A stretch of DNA of 55,340 bases from positions 1 through 55,340 of the forward strand of contig JAFQMP010000026.1 of assembly GCA_017396225.1 (NCBI GenBank). The letters run 5' to 3'. Positions 1-9,180 of the stretch are shown here, piece by piece. The notes beneath the pieces were generated by a model that ran no database searches, was not told the origin of the DNA, and worked only from the letters and a program-made list of their open reading frames with translations. The position numbers and the translations under genes were made by a program. This stretch comes from Clostridia bacterium. Its GTDB lineage: Bacteria > Bacillota > Clostridia > Oscillospirales > CAG-272. Positions within the stretch are counted from its first letter, which is position 1. The number at the start of each line of letters is the position of its first letter.

Positions 1-295
1 CGCCGTTTTTGAGGCACTGCTCCCGCGCAGCTGCGTAATGGCACTTTGTGTAGAGGGCAAGCAATTATCCTCTGAGGAGCTGGCGACCACCCTCTCCGAT
101 GTCATGCGTGAGCAGGGCGCGCTCTCCCTTATCATCGGCAGCTCCCACGGTCTTGCACCCCGCGTGAAGGCGCGGGCAGACCACAGACTTTCCGTTTCAA
201 AATTAACCTTCCCCCACCAGATGATGCGCGTGCTGCTTTTAGAAACAATCTACCGCAGCCTGTCCATTTTGCACGGTGCGAAATATCACAAGTAA
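1..295 (+). CDS. rlmH: 23S rRNA (pseudouridine1915-N3)-methyltransferase RlmH, 5'-truncated by the window edge
   Basis: SPOUT C-terminus IIGSSHGL...LTFPHQMMRVLLLETIYR...KYHK*; the frame is open back to the window start. Confidence 0.93.
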   Translation, partial: AVFEALLPRSCVMALCVEGKQLSSEELATTLSDVMREQGALSLIIGSSHGLAPRVKARADHRLSVSKLTFPHQMMRVLLLETIYRSLSILHGAKYHK

Positions 296-328
296 AAAAA
301 GAACCGCCCCCGTGGGCGGTTCTTTTTT
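295..328. terminator. Bidirectional intrinsic terminator
   Basis: aaaaaagaaccgccc-ccgt-gggcggttctttttt between convergent genes. Confidence 0.85.
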
Positions 329-369
329 GTCGCGCATGGCACAAGGGTGCGTAGGACAATCCGGCGCGA

Positions 370-1563
370 TTATACGGGGATACTCTCCCCACTCATATCC
401 TTGAAGGCATCGTCTGCGGGTGCTTCCTCTGCCGCAGGCTCCTCAATCACGGATTGTGGCTCAAGCAAATGGGAAAGGTCCATTTTCGGCTTTCTTGACA
501 GCTTGACCTCACTGGTCTCCAGGGTATCAAAAAGCACCTTAATGGGGTGAATTTCAATCTCGCTGCCCGCTGCCTGCATCGCCTCGGCAGCCGCCAGGCG
601 CTGGTCACCCTCCTCACCGCAATCATAGGTGAAGAGGATATCCGCCTCACGGGTGGCAAGCGTGTATCTACCGCCCTCATTGACAATCATCTGCGTGAGA
701 TACAGCATCTCGTTGAAATGATAGCGTTGATAGCCCAGGCTGACGGTAACCGTGTGTCCCGACAAAAGCGGGGGCTTGCGCGTTTTCTTGGGTGCAATGC
801 TTGCAAGATATTTGACAAAGAGCTTGGCATTTTCCGAGCCTGCTTCCATCATATTCGAGGTGTCGGGTGTGGCGGCCTCGGTCTCAACTGCTGCCTCCGC
901 ATTCCCCTTCTTCTTTTTGCCGCCACGGTGGCGCTTTTTCTTGCCCTCACCCTCAGGCTTTTTCCAGGCATAATCGGTCTGGAAGCCCTGCGTGTAGCCA
1001 CCGCAATCGGGGTACATCTCCAAAAGCTCAGTGATATTCTTGCCGTGGTAAGCACAAATCGCCTTGAGAATCAGCATCGTATTGTAGGCGTCCTCGTCAC
1101 TACGGTGCAGATTCTCCGCCTCAATACCGCACCAGGATAACAGACTGTCCTCCAAATTTTTTGCGGTATTATTTTCGGGCTGGCGCGCATAAATCTGCTG
1201 CACGTCATAAAAACGGTAGGTGTAGGGCTCAAGTCCGTAGCGCTTGCAATCGTCCTGCAGGAAATGCACATCATTGGTAACAGCATAGCCAATCACAATC
1301 GTGTCAGGGTCCTCAAACATCTCGCGGAAAAAATCATAAAACTCAGAAAACGGCGGCTTGTCCGCAAAAATTTCACGGGGATATGCCATCATCTTTTTCG
1401 CCACGTACCAGTCAAAACGATCGCGGGGATTGATAAGAACATCTTCCTTCTCGCGGATAATGTTAAATTCCTCGTCGGTCACCACGTAACCAAGACTAAA
1501 AAGCTTGGCGCAGTTATTGTAGCAATTTGCACATTCAATATCAAAAAACAAATACTTCTTCAT
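370..1563 (-). CDS. DEDDh (DnaQ-like) 3'-5' exonuclease with a Lys-rich linker and C-terminal BRCT-like domain
   Basis: FFDIEC (ExoI), NDVHFL (ExoII), HRSDEDA (ExoIII); the C-terminal LSGHTVTVS...EGGRY...ADIL...IEI segment resembles BRCT. Confidence 0.8.
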   Translation of the reverse strand: MKKYLFFDIECANCYNNCAKLFSLGYVVTDEEFNIIREKEDVLINPRDRFDWYVAKKMMAYPREIFADKPPFSEFYDFFREMFEDPDTIVIGYAVTNDVHFLQDDCKRYGLEPYTYRFYDVQQIYARQPENNTAKNLEDSLLSWCGIEAENLHRSDEDAYNTMLILKAICAYHGKNITELLEMYPDCGGYTQGFQTDYAWKKPEGEGKKKRHRGGKKKKGNAEAAVETEAATPDTSNMMEAGSENAKLFVKYLASIAPKKTRKPPLLSGHTVTVSLGYQRYHFNEMLYLTQMIVNEGGRYTLATREADILFTYDCGEEGDQRLAAAEAMQAAGSEIEIHPIKVLFDTLETSEVKLSRKPKMDLSHLLEPQSVIEEPAAEEAPADDAFKDMSGESIPV

Positions 1564-1626
1564 TTAACTTCCAATCATTTTATAAAATCCATAAGAAGGC
1601 GATCTCGCCGCAAAAACTCCACTTTT

Positions 1627-1655
1627 ATTATATAATACCCCCCTCGGTTTGTCAA
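1627..1655 (-). promoter_or_regulatory. Sigma-A promoter for the exonuclease gene
   Basis: Minus strand TTGACA-17 nt-TATAAT. Confidence 0.75.
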
Positions 1656-1697
1656 GGCAAAAGCGCGAATTGTGACGCGGTAAATTTATGAATACAC

Positions 1698-1726
1698 TTG
1701 ATTTTAAGAAGGCGATTTGCTATAAT
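1698..1726 (+). promoter_or_regulatory. Sigma-A promoter with extended -10
   Basis: TTGATT-17 nt-TATAAT with TGn. Confidence 0.65.
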
Positions 1727-1752
1727 AAAAGCGACACCTGATTTACGAGGTA

Positions 1753-2022
1753 ATGCTGATGAAATTTGATGTAAGAGCCGACGCCGCATTTCGTGAAAAA
1801 CGCCGCAAAATGGGCGAAAATCTTCACTGCAATTCAATTGCTTGCGACTACCGCGCCGTAATTGCAGGCGGTCACAGCGACGACCGCGCCATGCAGGGCG
1901 ACCTTGCGGGCAGCTGGGGTTGGATTGCCGACCGCGGCTTTCACCTGATGCAGACCGACTTTGTACTTGAATCCCGCCTGTTCCTCGAAGAAACGGGCAG
2001 AAGAATGAAAAAGCCATGCTGA
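1753..2022 (+). CDS. Small protein resembling the isolated C-terminal part (DUF4996-like) of glycerophosphodiester phosphodiesterases; possibly a remnant
   Basis: NSI..DYRAVIAGGHSDDRA...GSWGWIADRGFHLMQTD matches the GHxDD...WGW...G..IQTD pattern; gagg RBS upstream; overlaps the next start. Confidence 0.55.
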   Translation: MLMKFDVRADAAFREKRRKMGENLHCNSIACDYRAVIAGGHSDDRAMQGDLAGSWGWIADRGFHLMQTDFVLESRLFLEETGRRMKKPC

Positions 2023-2516
2023 AGCGCGTACGAGTTTCGGTAAAAACAAAACAGTGGCAATTGGGCGGCACGATTTTTGATGACGTGACACCGCCGAGCG
2101 CTGCACCTGCACGTGTAGAGCCACAGGAAATTGAAATGACTGCAGAGGGCAGCTACCACGACGACGGGCACCGCGTGACTGTCACCTACCGCGAGGGTGA
2201 GCTTTCTGGCCTTGGAAATGCCAAAACCACCATCTTTTTTCAAAAAAGCGACCCCCACACCGTCACCATGACGAGGGACGGCGCAGTGCGCACCGCATTG
2301 CTTTTTGAAGAAGGCAAACGCCACATCTGCATCTACAAAACGCCGCTGATGCCGTTTGAGGTCGCCGTCAAAACGCGCAGGGTAGAAAACACCCTCTCTG
2401 AAAACGGCAAGCTCCGCCTTGATTATACCGTGGAAATCAAGGGCGCAGACCCCGAGCGCACCGAGCTGACCCTCTCGCTCCTGCCCGATATCAGAAAACC
2501 GCTTTCTTCATCATAA
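2016..2516 (+). CDS. DUF1934 (YwiB-like) beta-barrel protein
   Basis: TAEGSY...TYRE..G...TT...VTMTRDG...LLFEEGKRH...YKTP pattern. Confidence 0.8.
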   Translation: MLKRVRVSVKTKQWQLGGTIFDDVTPPSAAPARVEPQEIEMTAEGSYHDDGHRVTVTYREGELSGLGNAKTTIFFQKSDPHTVTMTRDGAVRTALLFEEGKRHICIYKTPLMPFEVAVKTRRVENTLSENGKLRLDYTVEIKGADPERTELTLSLLPDIRKPLSSS

Positions 2517-2520
2517 ATGC

Positions 2521-2550
2521 AAAAATGCCGAGCAATGCTCGGCATTTTTT
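2521..2550. terminator. Bidirectional intrinsic terminator
   Basis: aaaaatgccgagc-aat-gctcggcattttt. Confidence 0.85.
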
Positions 2551-3211
2551 ATTTCACGATTTTCGCAAAAACCGCGTCGGGCGTGTCAACTACGGTAGTG
2601 GCACCGGCGCCAAGCAGTATCTCCTTGGTGCGAAAGCCCCAGGAAACAAGAATAGCGTCCACGCCTGCGTTACGGGCGGTCTCTACGTCCACCTCAGAGT
2701 CACCGATATACACGGTTTCCGCCGCCGTCACGCCAAGGGCGCGCATCATCAGAAAAACCGCATCAGGTGCAGGCTTTTTGGGTATTCCCTCCGCCTCGCG
2801 CTCCCCCGCCACCATATCAAGCAGTCCTGCAAAGTAATCCCTGCAAAGTGCCTGCGTGGCAAAATCCGCCTTATTGGACAAGACCGCGGTCAGCACGCCT
2901 GCTGCACGCAGATTGGCAAGCAGCTGAGAAATCCCCGCATACGGGGCGGTTTTTTCGGCACAATGCGCCGTATAATAGGTTTTGAAATCGGCAAGCACGG
3001 CATCAACCGTCTGCTCGTCCATGCCCTGCGGCAGCGCGCGTGTAATCAGAAGCCTGATACCGTTGCCGACAAAGCCGCAAACTGCCTCGCGTGTATGCGT
3101 GGGATAGCCGTTTTTTACAAGCACGGCGTTGACCGAATCGGCAAGGTCGTCAAGTGTATCCAAAATCGTCCCGTCCAAATCAAAAATTGCTAATTTATAC
3201 TGTTTTTCCAT
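2549..3211 (-). CDS. HAD family hydrolase, phosphoglycolate phosphatase-like
   Basis: IFDLDGTILDT, LSNK, KKPAPD, YIGDSEVD motifs; start placed at MEKQYK. Confidence 0.88.
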   Translation of the reverse strand: MEKQYKLAIFDLDGTILDTLDDLADSVNAVLVKNGYPTHTREAVCGFVGNGIRLLITRALPQGMDEQTVDAVLADFKTYYTAHCAEKTAPYAGISQLLANLRAAGVLTAVLSNKADFATQALCRDYFAGLLDMVAGEREAEGIPKKPAPDAVFLMMRALGVTAAETVYIGDSEVDVETARNAGVDAILVSWGFRTKEILLGAGATTVVDTPDAVFAKIVK

Positions 3212-3215
3212 ACCA

Positions 3216-4049
3216 TTACGCCTTCTTTTGCAGCGTGCCCGCCTCAATCTTCTCAATCACATCGGCAATCAAGCCGTCATTACAATCACATAGCACACAG
3301 TCTGCCGCCGTCTTGACGTCTTCAATCGCGTTGGCAGGTGCCACAGCAATATCCGCCGCACGCAGCATTTCTATATCGTTTTCAAAGTCGCCACAGGCAA
3401 TCACGGTAAGATTGTCAATCCCCATAGCACCGCGCAGCTTGTCAATCCCCTTCGCCTTGCTGCAGCCCTTGACCTGCATTTCGAGTAAGCGCGGACCCGT
3501 GAGGAAAATATCCAGCCTATCCGAAAAGCGCATCTCTGCCTTGGCTCTCACGCGCGCCAGCACCTCGGGCTCTGCACGGAAAACAATCTTTTGCCAATCA
3601 TCAAGCGCCCATTCCCCGCAGGGCAAAATCCGCACGTTTTTGTCGGTATAAATCTCCATATCGTGCAGCATAAGGCCGTAAGGGGTTGCCGTGCGCAATG
3701 CGGTTTGCAGCGTCGCCACACGGAACGGAATATCCTCACAATCCTCCCTGGCAAAGGCGAGCAGCTCTGCAGCTGTCTCTGCAGGAATACATTCCTCAAA
3801 AAGTGCAGCACCCTTACGGAAATCATAAAGATATGCGCCATTTACCAGAATGGCGGGTGCAGTCAGCAGTACCTCCGGCGTGGGAATTGCATCAAGTATC
3901 ACGTGAGGGCGTCCTGTTGCCACAGTAAAGCTGCCTCCTCCCGCAACAAAGCGGCGGATTGCGTCAAGACTGCGCTCGGGGATACAGCTCTCGCGATTCA
4001 AAAGCGTACCGTCCATATCAGACACGATGAGATAACTCGAAAAGTCCAT
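3216..4049 (-). CDS. Cof-type HAD-IIB hydrolase
   Basis: VSDMDGTLL, ATGR, SKAKG, CGDFENDIEML motifs; TAATG coupling to the upstream gene (alternative start 4058). Confidence 0.88.
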   Translation of the reverse strand: MDFSSYLIVSDMDGTLLNRESCIPERSLDAIRRFVAGGGSFTVATGRPHVILDAIPTPEVLLTAPAILVNGAYLYDFRKGAALFEECIPAETAAELLAFAREDCEDIPFRVATLQTALRTATPYGLMLHDMEIYTDKNVRILPCGEWALDDWQKIVFRAEPEVLARVRAKAEMRFSDRLDIFLTGPRLLEMQVKGCSKAKGIDKLRGAMGIDNLTVIACGDFENDIEMLRAADIAVAPANAIEDVKTAADCVLCDCNDGLIADVIEKIEAGTLQKKA

Positions 4050-4996
4050 TACTGACATTCCTTTTCTAAAATTTCAAGCAGCTTTGCAAATTCGGCAGGC
4101 AGCGGCGCCTTGAAGGTCATACGCTCACCGGTCCGTGGGTGTGTCAGCGAAAGCTCACCTGCAAAAAGCGTTTGACCCGTAATCAGCGCGCGATGTCTTG
4201 CCTCAAATTTCGTACCGTCCCCACCGTAAACAGGGTCGCCGAGCAAGGGGTGGCCGAGGGACGCCATATGCACACGAATCTGGTGCGTGCGCCCTGTTTC
4301 AAGCTCGCAGCGGATATGTGTCATCTGTCCAAAGCGCGCCAGCACCTCATAATGCGTCACAGCCTCTCTGCCCTCACCCTCACGGCGCATAATCGCCATA
4401 CGCTTACGGTCAACAGGGTGACGGCCAATGGGCGCGTTTACCGTGCCCTTATCCTCTCTGAAATTACCAATGGCAATCGCCTGATAGACGCGACTGACGG
4501 CGTGCACCTTCAGCTGCTCGGAGAGCGCACTATGCGCAACGTCATTTTTGGCAACCACCAGAAGCCCTGCGGTATCCTTATCAATGCGGTGGACAATACC
4601 GGGGCGCTCCACACCGCCAATACCCGAAAGAGAGCCCTTGCAGTGATAAAGCAAAGCATTGACGAGCGTACCGCTTTCATTACCCGCGGCGGGGTGTACC
4701 ACCATACCGACAGGCTTATTGATGACGATGATATCCTCGTCCTCATAAATCACATCAAGCGGAATATCCTCGGGCACTGCCTCTGCGGGAGTCGGGTCAG
4801 GCATCGTCAGGGTAATCTCCTCACCGCCCTTCAGGCGGTATTTTTTGTTCGTCTCCCCAAAGGAGAGCGTGACCTGCCCTGAGAGCAGCAGTCTTTCTGC
4901 CTGCGCACGGGAGATATCAAATGCCGCGGCAAGATAGCCGTCCAAACGCTCACCACGGTTAGCAGCGTCCACCACGGTTTTACGCACATCAGCCAC
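4049..4996 (-). CDS. rluD: RluA/RluD family RNA pseudouridine synthase with S4 domain
   Basis: RLDGYLA S4 start, INKPVGMVVHP, catalytic VHRIDKDTAG, LETGRTHQIRVH; GTG start inferred. Confidence 0.9.
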   Translation of the reverse strand: MADVRKTVVDAANRGERLDGYLAAAFDISRAQAERLLLSGQVTLSFGETNKKYRLKGGEEITLTMPDPTPAEAVPEDIPLDVIYEDEDIIVINKPVGMVVHPAAGNESGTLVNALLYHCKGSLSGIGGVERPGIVHRIDKDTAGLLVVAKNDVAHSALSEQLKVHAVSRVYQAIAIGNFREDKGTVNAPIGRHPVDRKRMAIMRREGEGREAVTHYEVLARFGQMTHIRCELETGRTHQIRVHMASLGHPLLGDPVYGGDGTKFEARHRALITGQTLFAGELSLTHPRTGERMTFKAPLPAEFAKLLEILEKECQ

Positions 4997-5504
4997 CTTT
5001 TTCCTCTCCCTCCTCGGTCGCAGGCACCGTCTTACCCTTGTTCTTGTAATCAGCCACAATTTCAAGAATCAAATCAAGGAAGACAAGAGCCGCACCGACA
5101 CAGACAGCTGCATCGGCGATGTTAAAGACCCATACCCAAAAATCAAAGGCGCAGAAATCAATGAAATCCACGACAAAGCCAAGGCGTATGCGGTCTATCA
5201 TATTGCCAATACCGCCACCCACAATCATAGCAAGCGCAACGCGGGACAGCGGACGTTTATTGAATTTGAAAAGATACACAGCAACAAGGCCGATGCCGAT
5301 GACAGACGCCACCAGAAAAATCCAACGGTGGTCGGCAAGCAAGCCAAAGGCCATGCCGCGATTTTCCACATAAGTAAAATGCAGCACGTTCTTGATAATC
5401 GCCACCTCGCCCTCATAAAGATAGGCAAGCACCAACAGCTTGCTCACCTGGTCAAGGACAAGGACACCGACAATAATTGCCACGGCAAGTATGACTCCAG
5501 ACAT
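4989..5504 (-). CDS. lspA: Lipoprotein signal peptidase II
   Basis: DQVSK, NRGMAFG, GGGIGNMIDR, VVDFID, FNIAD motifs; follows ileS. Confidence 0.95.
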   Translation of the reverse strand: MSGVILAVAIIVGVLVLDQVSKLLVLAYLYEGEVAIIKNVLHFTYVENRGMAFGLLADHRWIFLVASVIGIGLVAVYLFKFNKRPLSRVALAMIVGGGIGNMIDRIRLGFVVDFIDFCAFDFWVWVFNIADAAVCVGAALVFLDLILEIVADYKNKGKTVPATEEGEEKGG

Positions 5505-5520
5505 AGTGTTTCCTTTCGTG

Positions 5521-5554
5521 AAAAGTGCCGCAGCCGTCGGACGGTTGCGGCACT
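5521..5554 (-). terminator. Hairpin with short U-tract between ileS and lspA
   Basis: agtgccgcagccgtc-g-gacggttgcggcact followed by TTTT on the minus strand. Confidence 0.55.
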
Positions 5555-5567
5555 CCTTATTTGAAAA

Positions 5568-8354
5568 TTAAAGACCGAGCACAGCGCGGCAGCGGGGGCA
5601 AAGAACACCTTCCTCGCCGTCGTGATAAGCCTTTGTGGTGTAATTCCAGCAACGGTCGCACTTCTCGCCGTCGGCAGCGGCAACCGCAACTGCAATGGGT
5701 GCGCCCTCCTCAAGGAAGACCTCGGCAGGAGCAGCGGCATTCACCAGTTCAACCTGCGATACGATGCAGAAGGTGGCAAGCTCACTTTCAAAGGCCTTGA
5801 GCATCGCAAAGGTATCCGCATCAGGCGCGTAAACGGTAATCTTGGCATCAAGCGACTTGCCGATGCGCTTTTCTGCGCGTGCCAGCTCCAGTGCCTTCAT
5901 CACGTGCTCACGCAGCGCGAAGAACGCAGGGTAGGAAGCAAACTCAGGGAACACAAGGCTCTCGTCGTATGCAGGCATCTCGTTGAGGAATACGCTCTTG
6001 GTGTTATCGGCAGCCGTGTGAGGCATTGCCTGCCAGATTTCCTCTGCGGTGAAGACAAGCAGCGGTGCCATCAGACGGGTCATCGCGCTGACGATATAGT
6101 ACATTGCGGTCTGTGCCGAGCGACGCGCAAAAGAGGTTGCGCCCTCTGCATAGACACGGTCCTTGGTGATGTCAATGTAAAGCTTGGAAAGCTCGGTGGT
6201 GCAGAAGTCGCTGAGGTCGTGATAAATCACATGGAACTCAAAATCATTATATGCCTCACGTGCATTCTTCACAAGCTCGTTCATGGCAGAAACAATCCAC
6301 GCATCAATGCCCGTGAGCTCGTTCAGGGGAACAGCATCGGTTTCGGGGTTGAAATCGTAGAGGTCTGCAAGCAGGAAGCGCGCGGTGTTGCGAATCTTGC
6401 GGTAGGCGTCGGAGAGCTGCTTGAAGATGTTATCGGAGCAGCGCACGTCCACGCGGTAATCGGCAGATGCCACCCACAGACGGACAAGATCTGCACCGTA
6501 CTTCTTAATCATATCGAGGGGGTCAACACCGTTGCCGAGCGACTTGTGCATCGCACGACCCTCACCGTCAACAACCCAACCGTGGGTGAGGACGGTCTTG
6601 AAGGGAGCCTCAGCCTTACCCGTCGAGCCGACAGCCGTCAGCAGCGAGGACTGGAACCAACCGCGGTACTGGTCAGCGCCCTCCAGATACACATCGGCAG
6701 GCCACTCCTCCTCGGCAAGCACACCAAAGTGAGTGGAGCCGGAGTCAAACCAACCGTCAAGGGTATTCTGCTCCTTGACAAAATGCGTCTTGCCGCACTT
6801 GGGACAGACAAAGCCTGCGGGAAGCAGCTGGGCAGCCTCCATATCAAACCAGGCATTGGAGCCCTTTGCTGCAAACACATCGGAAACGCTGTTAATGGTT
6901 GCCTCATTGCAGATAACCTCGCCGCAATCCTCGCAATAGAATACGGGAATGGGCAGACCCCACTTGCGCTGACGGGAAATGCACCAGTCGGCACGCTCGC
7001 GAATCATCTGCACCATGCGCTCGCCGCCCCAAAGAGGCAGCCAACGCACATTTTCACAAGCCTTTACAGCATCGTCCTTAAACGCCTCAACCGAGCAGAA
7101 CCACTGGGGGGTTGCGCGGAAGATAATGGGGGACTTGCAGCGCCAGCAGTGCGGATACTCGTGCTCGATTTCCTCGCTGGCGAAGAGTGCGCCACTTTCC
7201 TTGAGGTCCTCCAGAATCGCCACATTGGATTGGTCATAGCGCATACCTGCAAACTTGCCCGCATCAGCAGTCTGGATACCGCGGTCGTCCACAGGAACAA
7301 TCACGTCAATGTTATAGCGACGGCAGGTTTGGTAGTCGTCAGCACCAAAGCCGGGGGCGGTGTGTACGCAGCCTGTACCGCTATCCATGGTGACGTAATC
7401 GGCGTTCACCAGAACAGACTTGCGATCAAGGAAGGGGTGGTCGGCGGTCATATACTCAAACTCGCTGCCCTTCAGAGTTGCAAGCACCTCGTAATCGGCA
7501 ACACCGCCTGCCTGCATCGTCTTTTCAAGCAGTGCGTTTGCCACGATATAATTTTCGGCACCGGCCTTCACAACCACATAATCCTCATCAGGGTTAAGGG
7601 CAATGGCAAGGTTGCCGGGAAGCGTCCATGTCGTCGTCGTCCAAATGATAACATAGGTATTCGCAAGGTCGCATACGTCCGAAAGCTTACCCTTATCATC
7701 GCTCATACGGAACTTGACATAGATAGAGGTGCAGGGGTCAGTCTTATACTCAATCTCAGCCTCTGCAAGCGCCGTTTCGTCCTTGGGGCACCAATATACA
7801 GGCTTCATTCCCTTGTAGATATAGCCGCGACGGTACATATCGCCAAACACCCTGACCTCACGTGCCTCAAACTCGGGCGACATTGTGGCGTAAGGATTTG
7901 CCCAGTCGCCTGTGATACCCAGGCGCTTGAACTGCTCACGCTGAATATCGATAAAGTTCTGCGCAAAGCCCTCGCAAGCGGAACGGAAGTCGGACACCGA
8001 CATCTTCTTATGGTCGAGCTTATTTTTCTTGATAATTGCGCTTTCAATCGGCATACCGTGGTTGTCCCAGCCGGGGATATAGGGCACGCGGTAGCCCATC
8101 ATCACGTGGGATTTGTTGATGAAATCCTTGAGGATTTTGTTCAGGGCGTGTCCCATATGAATGTTGCCGTTGGAGAAGGGCGGGCCGTCGTGCAGAACGA
8201 AGAGGGGCTTGCCTGCCGCACCCTCAAGCATGCTGCCGTAAAGGTCCATATCCTCCCAATACTTGAGCATCTCAGGCTCACGCTTGGGCAGCTCCGCACG
8301 CATTGCAAATGTCGTCGTGGGAAGGTTCAGAGATTTGCTGTAATCTTTTGCCAT
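5568..8354 (-). CDS. ileS: Isoleucine--tRNA ligase (type 1)
   Basis: HDGPP...HMGH, WTTTTWTLPGN, DWCISRQR, EGADQYRGWF, C-terminal CDRC..CPRC zinc finger. Confidence 0.97.
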   Translation of the reverse strand: MAKDYSKSLNLPTTTFAMRAELPKREPEMLKYWEDMDLYGSMLEGAAGKPLFVLHDGPPFSNGNIHMGHALNKILKDFINKSHVMMGYRVPYIPGWDNHGMPIESAIIKKNKLDHKKMSVSDFRSACEGFAQNFIDIQREQFKRLGITGDWANPYATMSPEFEAREVRVFGDMYRRGYIYKGMKPVYWCPKDETALAEAEIEYKTDPCTSIYVKFRMSDDKGKLSDVCDLANTYVIIWTTTTWTLPGNLAIALNPDEDYVVVKAGAENYIVANALLEKTMQAGGVADYEVLATLKGSEFEYMTADHPFLDRKSVLVNADYVTMDSGTGCVHTAPGFGADDYQTCRRYNIDVIVPVDDRGIQTADAGKFAGMRYDQSNVAILEDLKESGALFASEEIEHEYPHCWRCKSPIIFRATPQWFCSVEAFKDDAVKACENVRWLPLWGGERMVQMIRERADWCISRQRKWGLPIPVFYCEDCGEVICNEATINSVSDVFAAKGSNAWFDMEAAQLLPAGFVCPKCGKTHFVKEQNTLDGWFDSGSTHFGVLAEEEWPADVYLEGADQYRGWFQSSLLTAVGSTGKAEAPFKTVLTHGWVVDGEGRAMHKSLGNGVDPLDMIKKYGADLVRLWVASADYRVDVRCSDNIFKQLSDAYRKIRNTARFLLADLYDFNPETDAVPLNELTGIDAWIVSAMNELVKNAREAYNDFEFHVIYHDLSDFCTTELSKLYIDITKDRVYAEGATSFARRSAQTAMYYIVSAMTRLMAPLLVFTAEEIWQAMPHTAADNTKSVFLNEMPAYDESLVFPEFASYPAFFALREHVMKALELARAEKRIGKSLDAKITVYAPDADTFAMLKAFESELATFCIVSQVELVNAAAPAEVFLEEGAPIAVAVAAADGEKCDRCWNYTTKAYHDGEEGVLCPRCRAVLGL

Positions 8355-8388
8355 GATTTTTAACTCCTATATGTTTATCAAAACTTTT

Positions 8389-9180
8389 TCAAACGTAACG
8401 GTCAGCCACCAGACGGCAGCGTCCCTTTTTGGTACGCTCGGAAACCGAGCGCAGAATAAACTTGCCATAGCCGCGTACGCTCACTGTGGCACCTGCCGCA
8501 AGCTCCCTGTCATAATGGAAAAACGGCTCATAATCAACCTCCACGCGCCCCTCAGCAAACAGCGCCTGCGCGCGCTCACGCGAAAGGCTCAGGAGGGCTG
8601 CCACCACGGCATCTGCACGCGGTGAGGCAACGGTATCGGTCACCTGTGCAAAACGTCTGCCACCGTCGAAATCATCGGGCAGCTCCGTGCGTGTCACACG
8701 CACTGCATCTTGCGCCGCCCGCGTGAGATTTTCCGCCAAAAACGTTGCCATAACCTCATCGGTCAACAGCACTGCACTATGTGCATCAAGCAGCAAAATA
8801 TCACCGATTGCATCGCGGTCAATGCCAAGCGAGAGCACCGCACCGAGATAGTCACGGTGGGTAAGCTCCCTGTATCCGCTGCCCTGTATCCGCAGGGGGA
8901 CAAGCGCAGGAGCAAGCTCCTCGGCAAGCACCGCCTCGCGCGCATCGGGCGCAAGCTCGGCAAGATAATCGGGCAGAAAAGCCATGCGCCGTCGCTCGGC
9001 ATTTGCATAGCCACCGACAAGATGACAGGATTCGCGTGCAAAGCCAAGTTCTCTTGTAAGCAGCAGCTGCTCACGCGGCGTGAGAAAGGCAGTGTAGGTT
9101 ACGCTCCCGCGCGCTGCACGTGTCAGCAGCTCGCGTGCGTGCGCAACAAGGTGCGCGTCCTCTTTTGAGAGCACGCTCAT
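8389..9180 (-). CDS. ylmH: YlmH-like S4-domain RNA-binding protein
   Basis: FLTPRE, GGY..AERR, LTHRDYLGAVLSLGI.R..IGDI, TVASPRADA, SVRGYGKF...TKKGR. Confidence 0.9.
   Translation of the reverse strand: MSVLSKEDAHLVAHARELLTRAARGSVTYTAFLTPREQLLLTRELGFARESCHLVGGYANAERRRMAFLPDYLAELAPDAREAVLAEELAPALVPLRIQGSGYRELTHRDYLGAVLSLGIDRDAIGDILLLDAHSAVLLTDEVMATFLAENLTRAAQDAVRVTRTELPDDFDGGRRFAQVTDTVASPRADAVVAALLSLSRERAQALFAEGRVEVDYEPFFHYDRELAAGATVSVRGYGKFILRSVSERTKKGRCRLVADRYV

Noticed and set aside
270-330. rlmH 3' end as an integration hotspot (SCCmec-type attB)
   Set aside because: The gene is followed directly by a terminator; no duplicated rlmH end or recombinase was seen, so the site looks empty.
5622-8363. 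913-aa ORF antisense to ileS, and similar long antisense ORFs at 36914-39346, 20829-22382, 23752-25113, 47993-49405 and 34271-35596
   Set aside because: They mirror conserved genes and carry no recognisable motifs; long shadow frames are expected from GC-rich codon bias.
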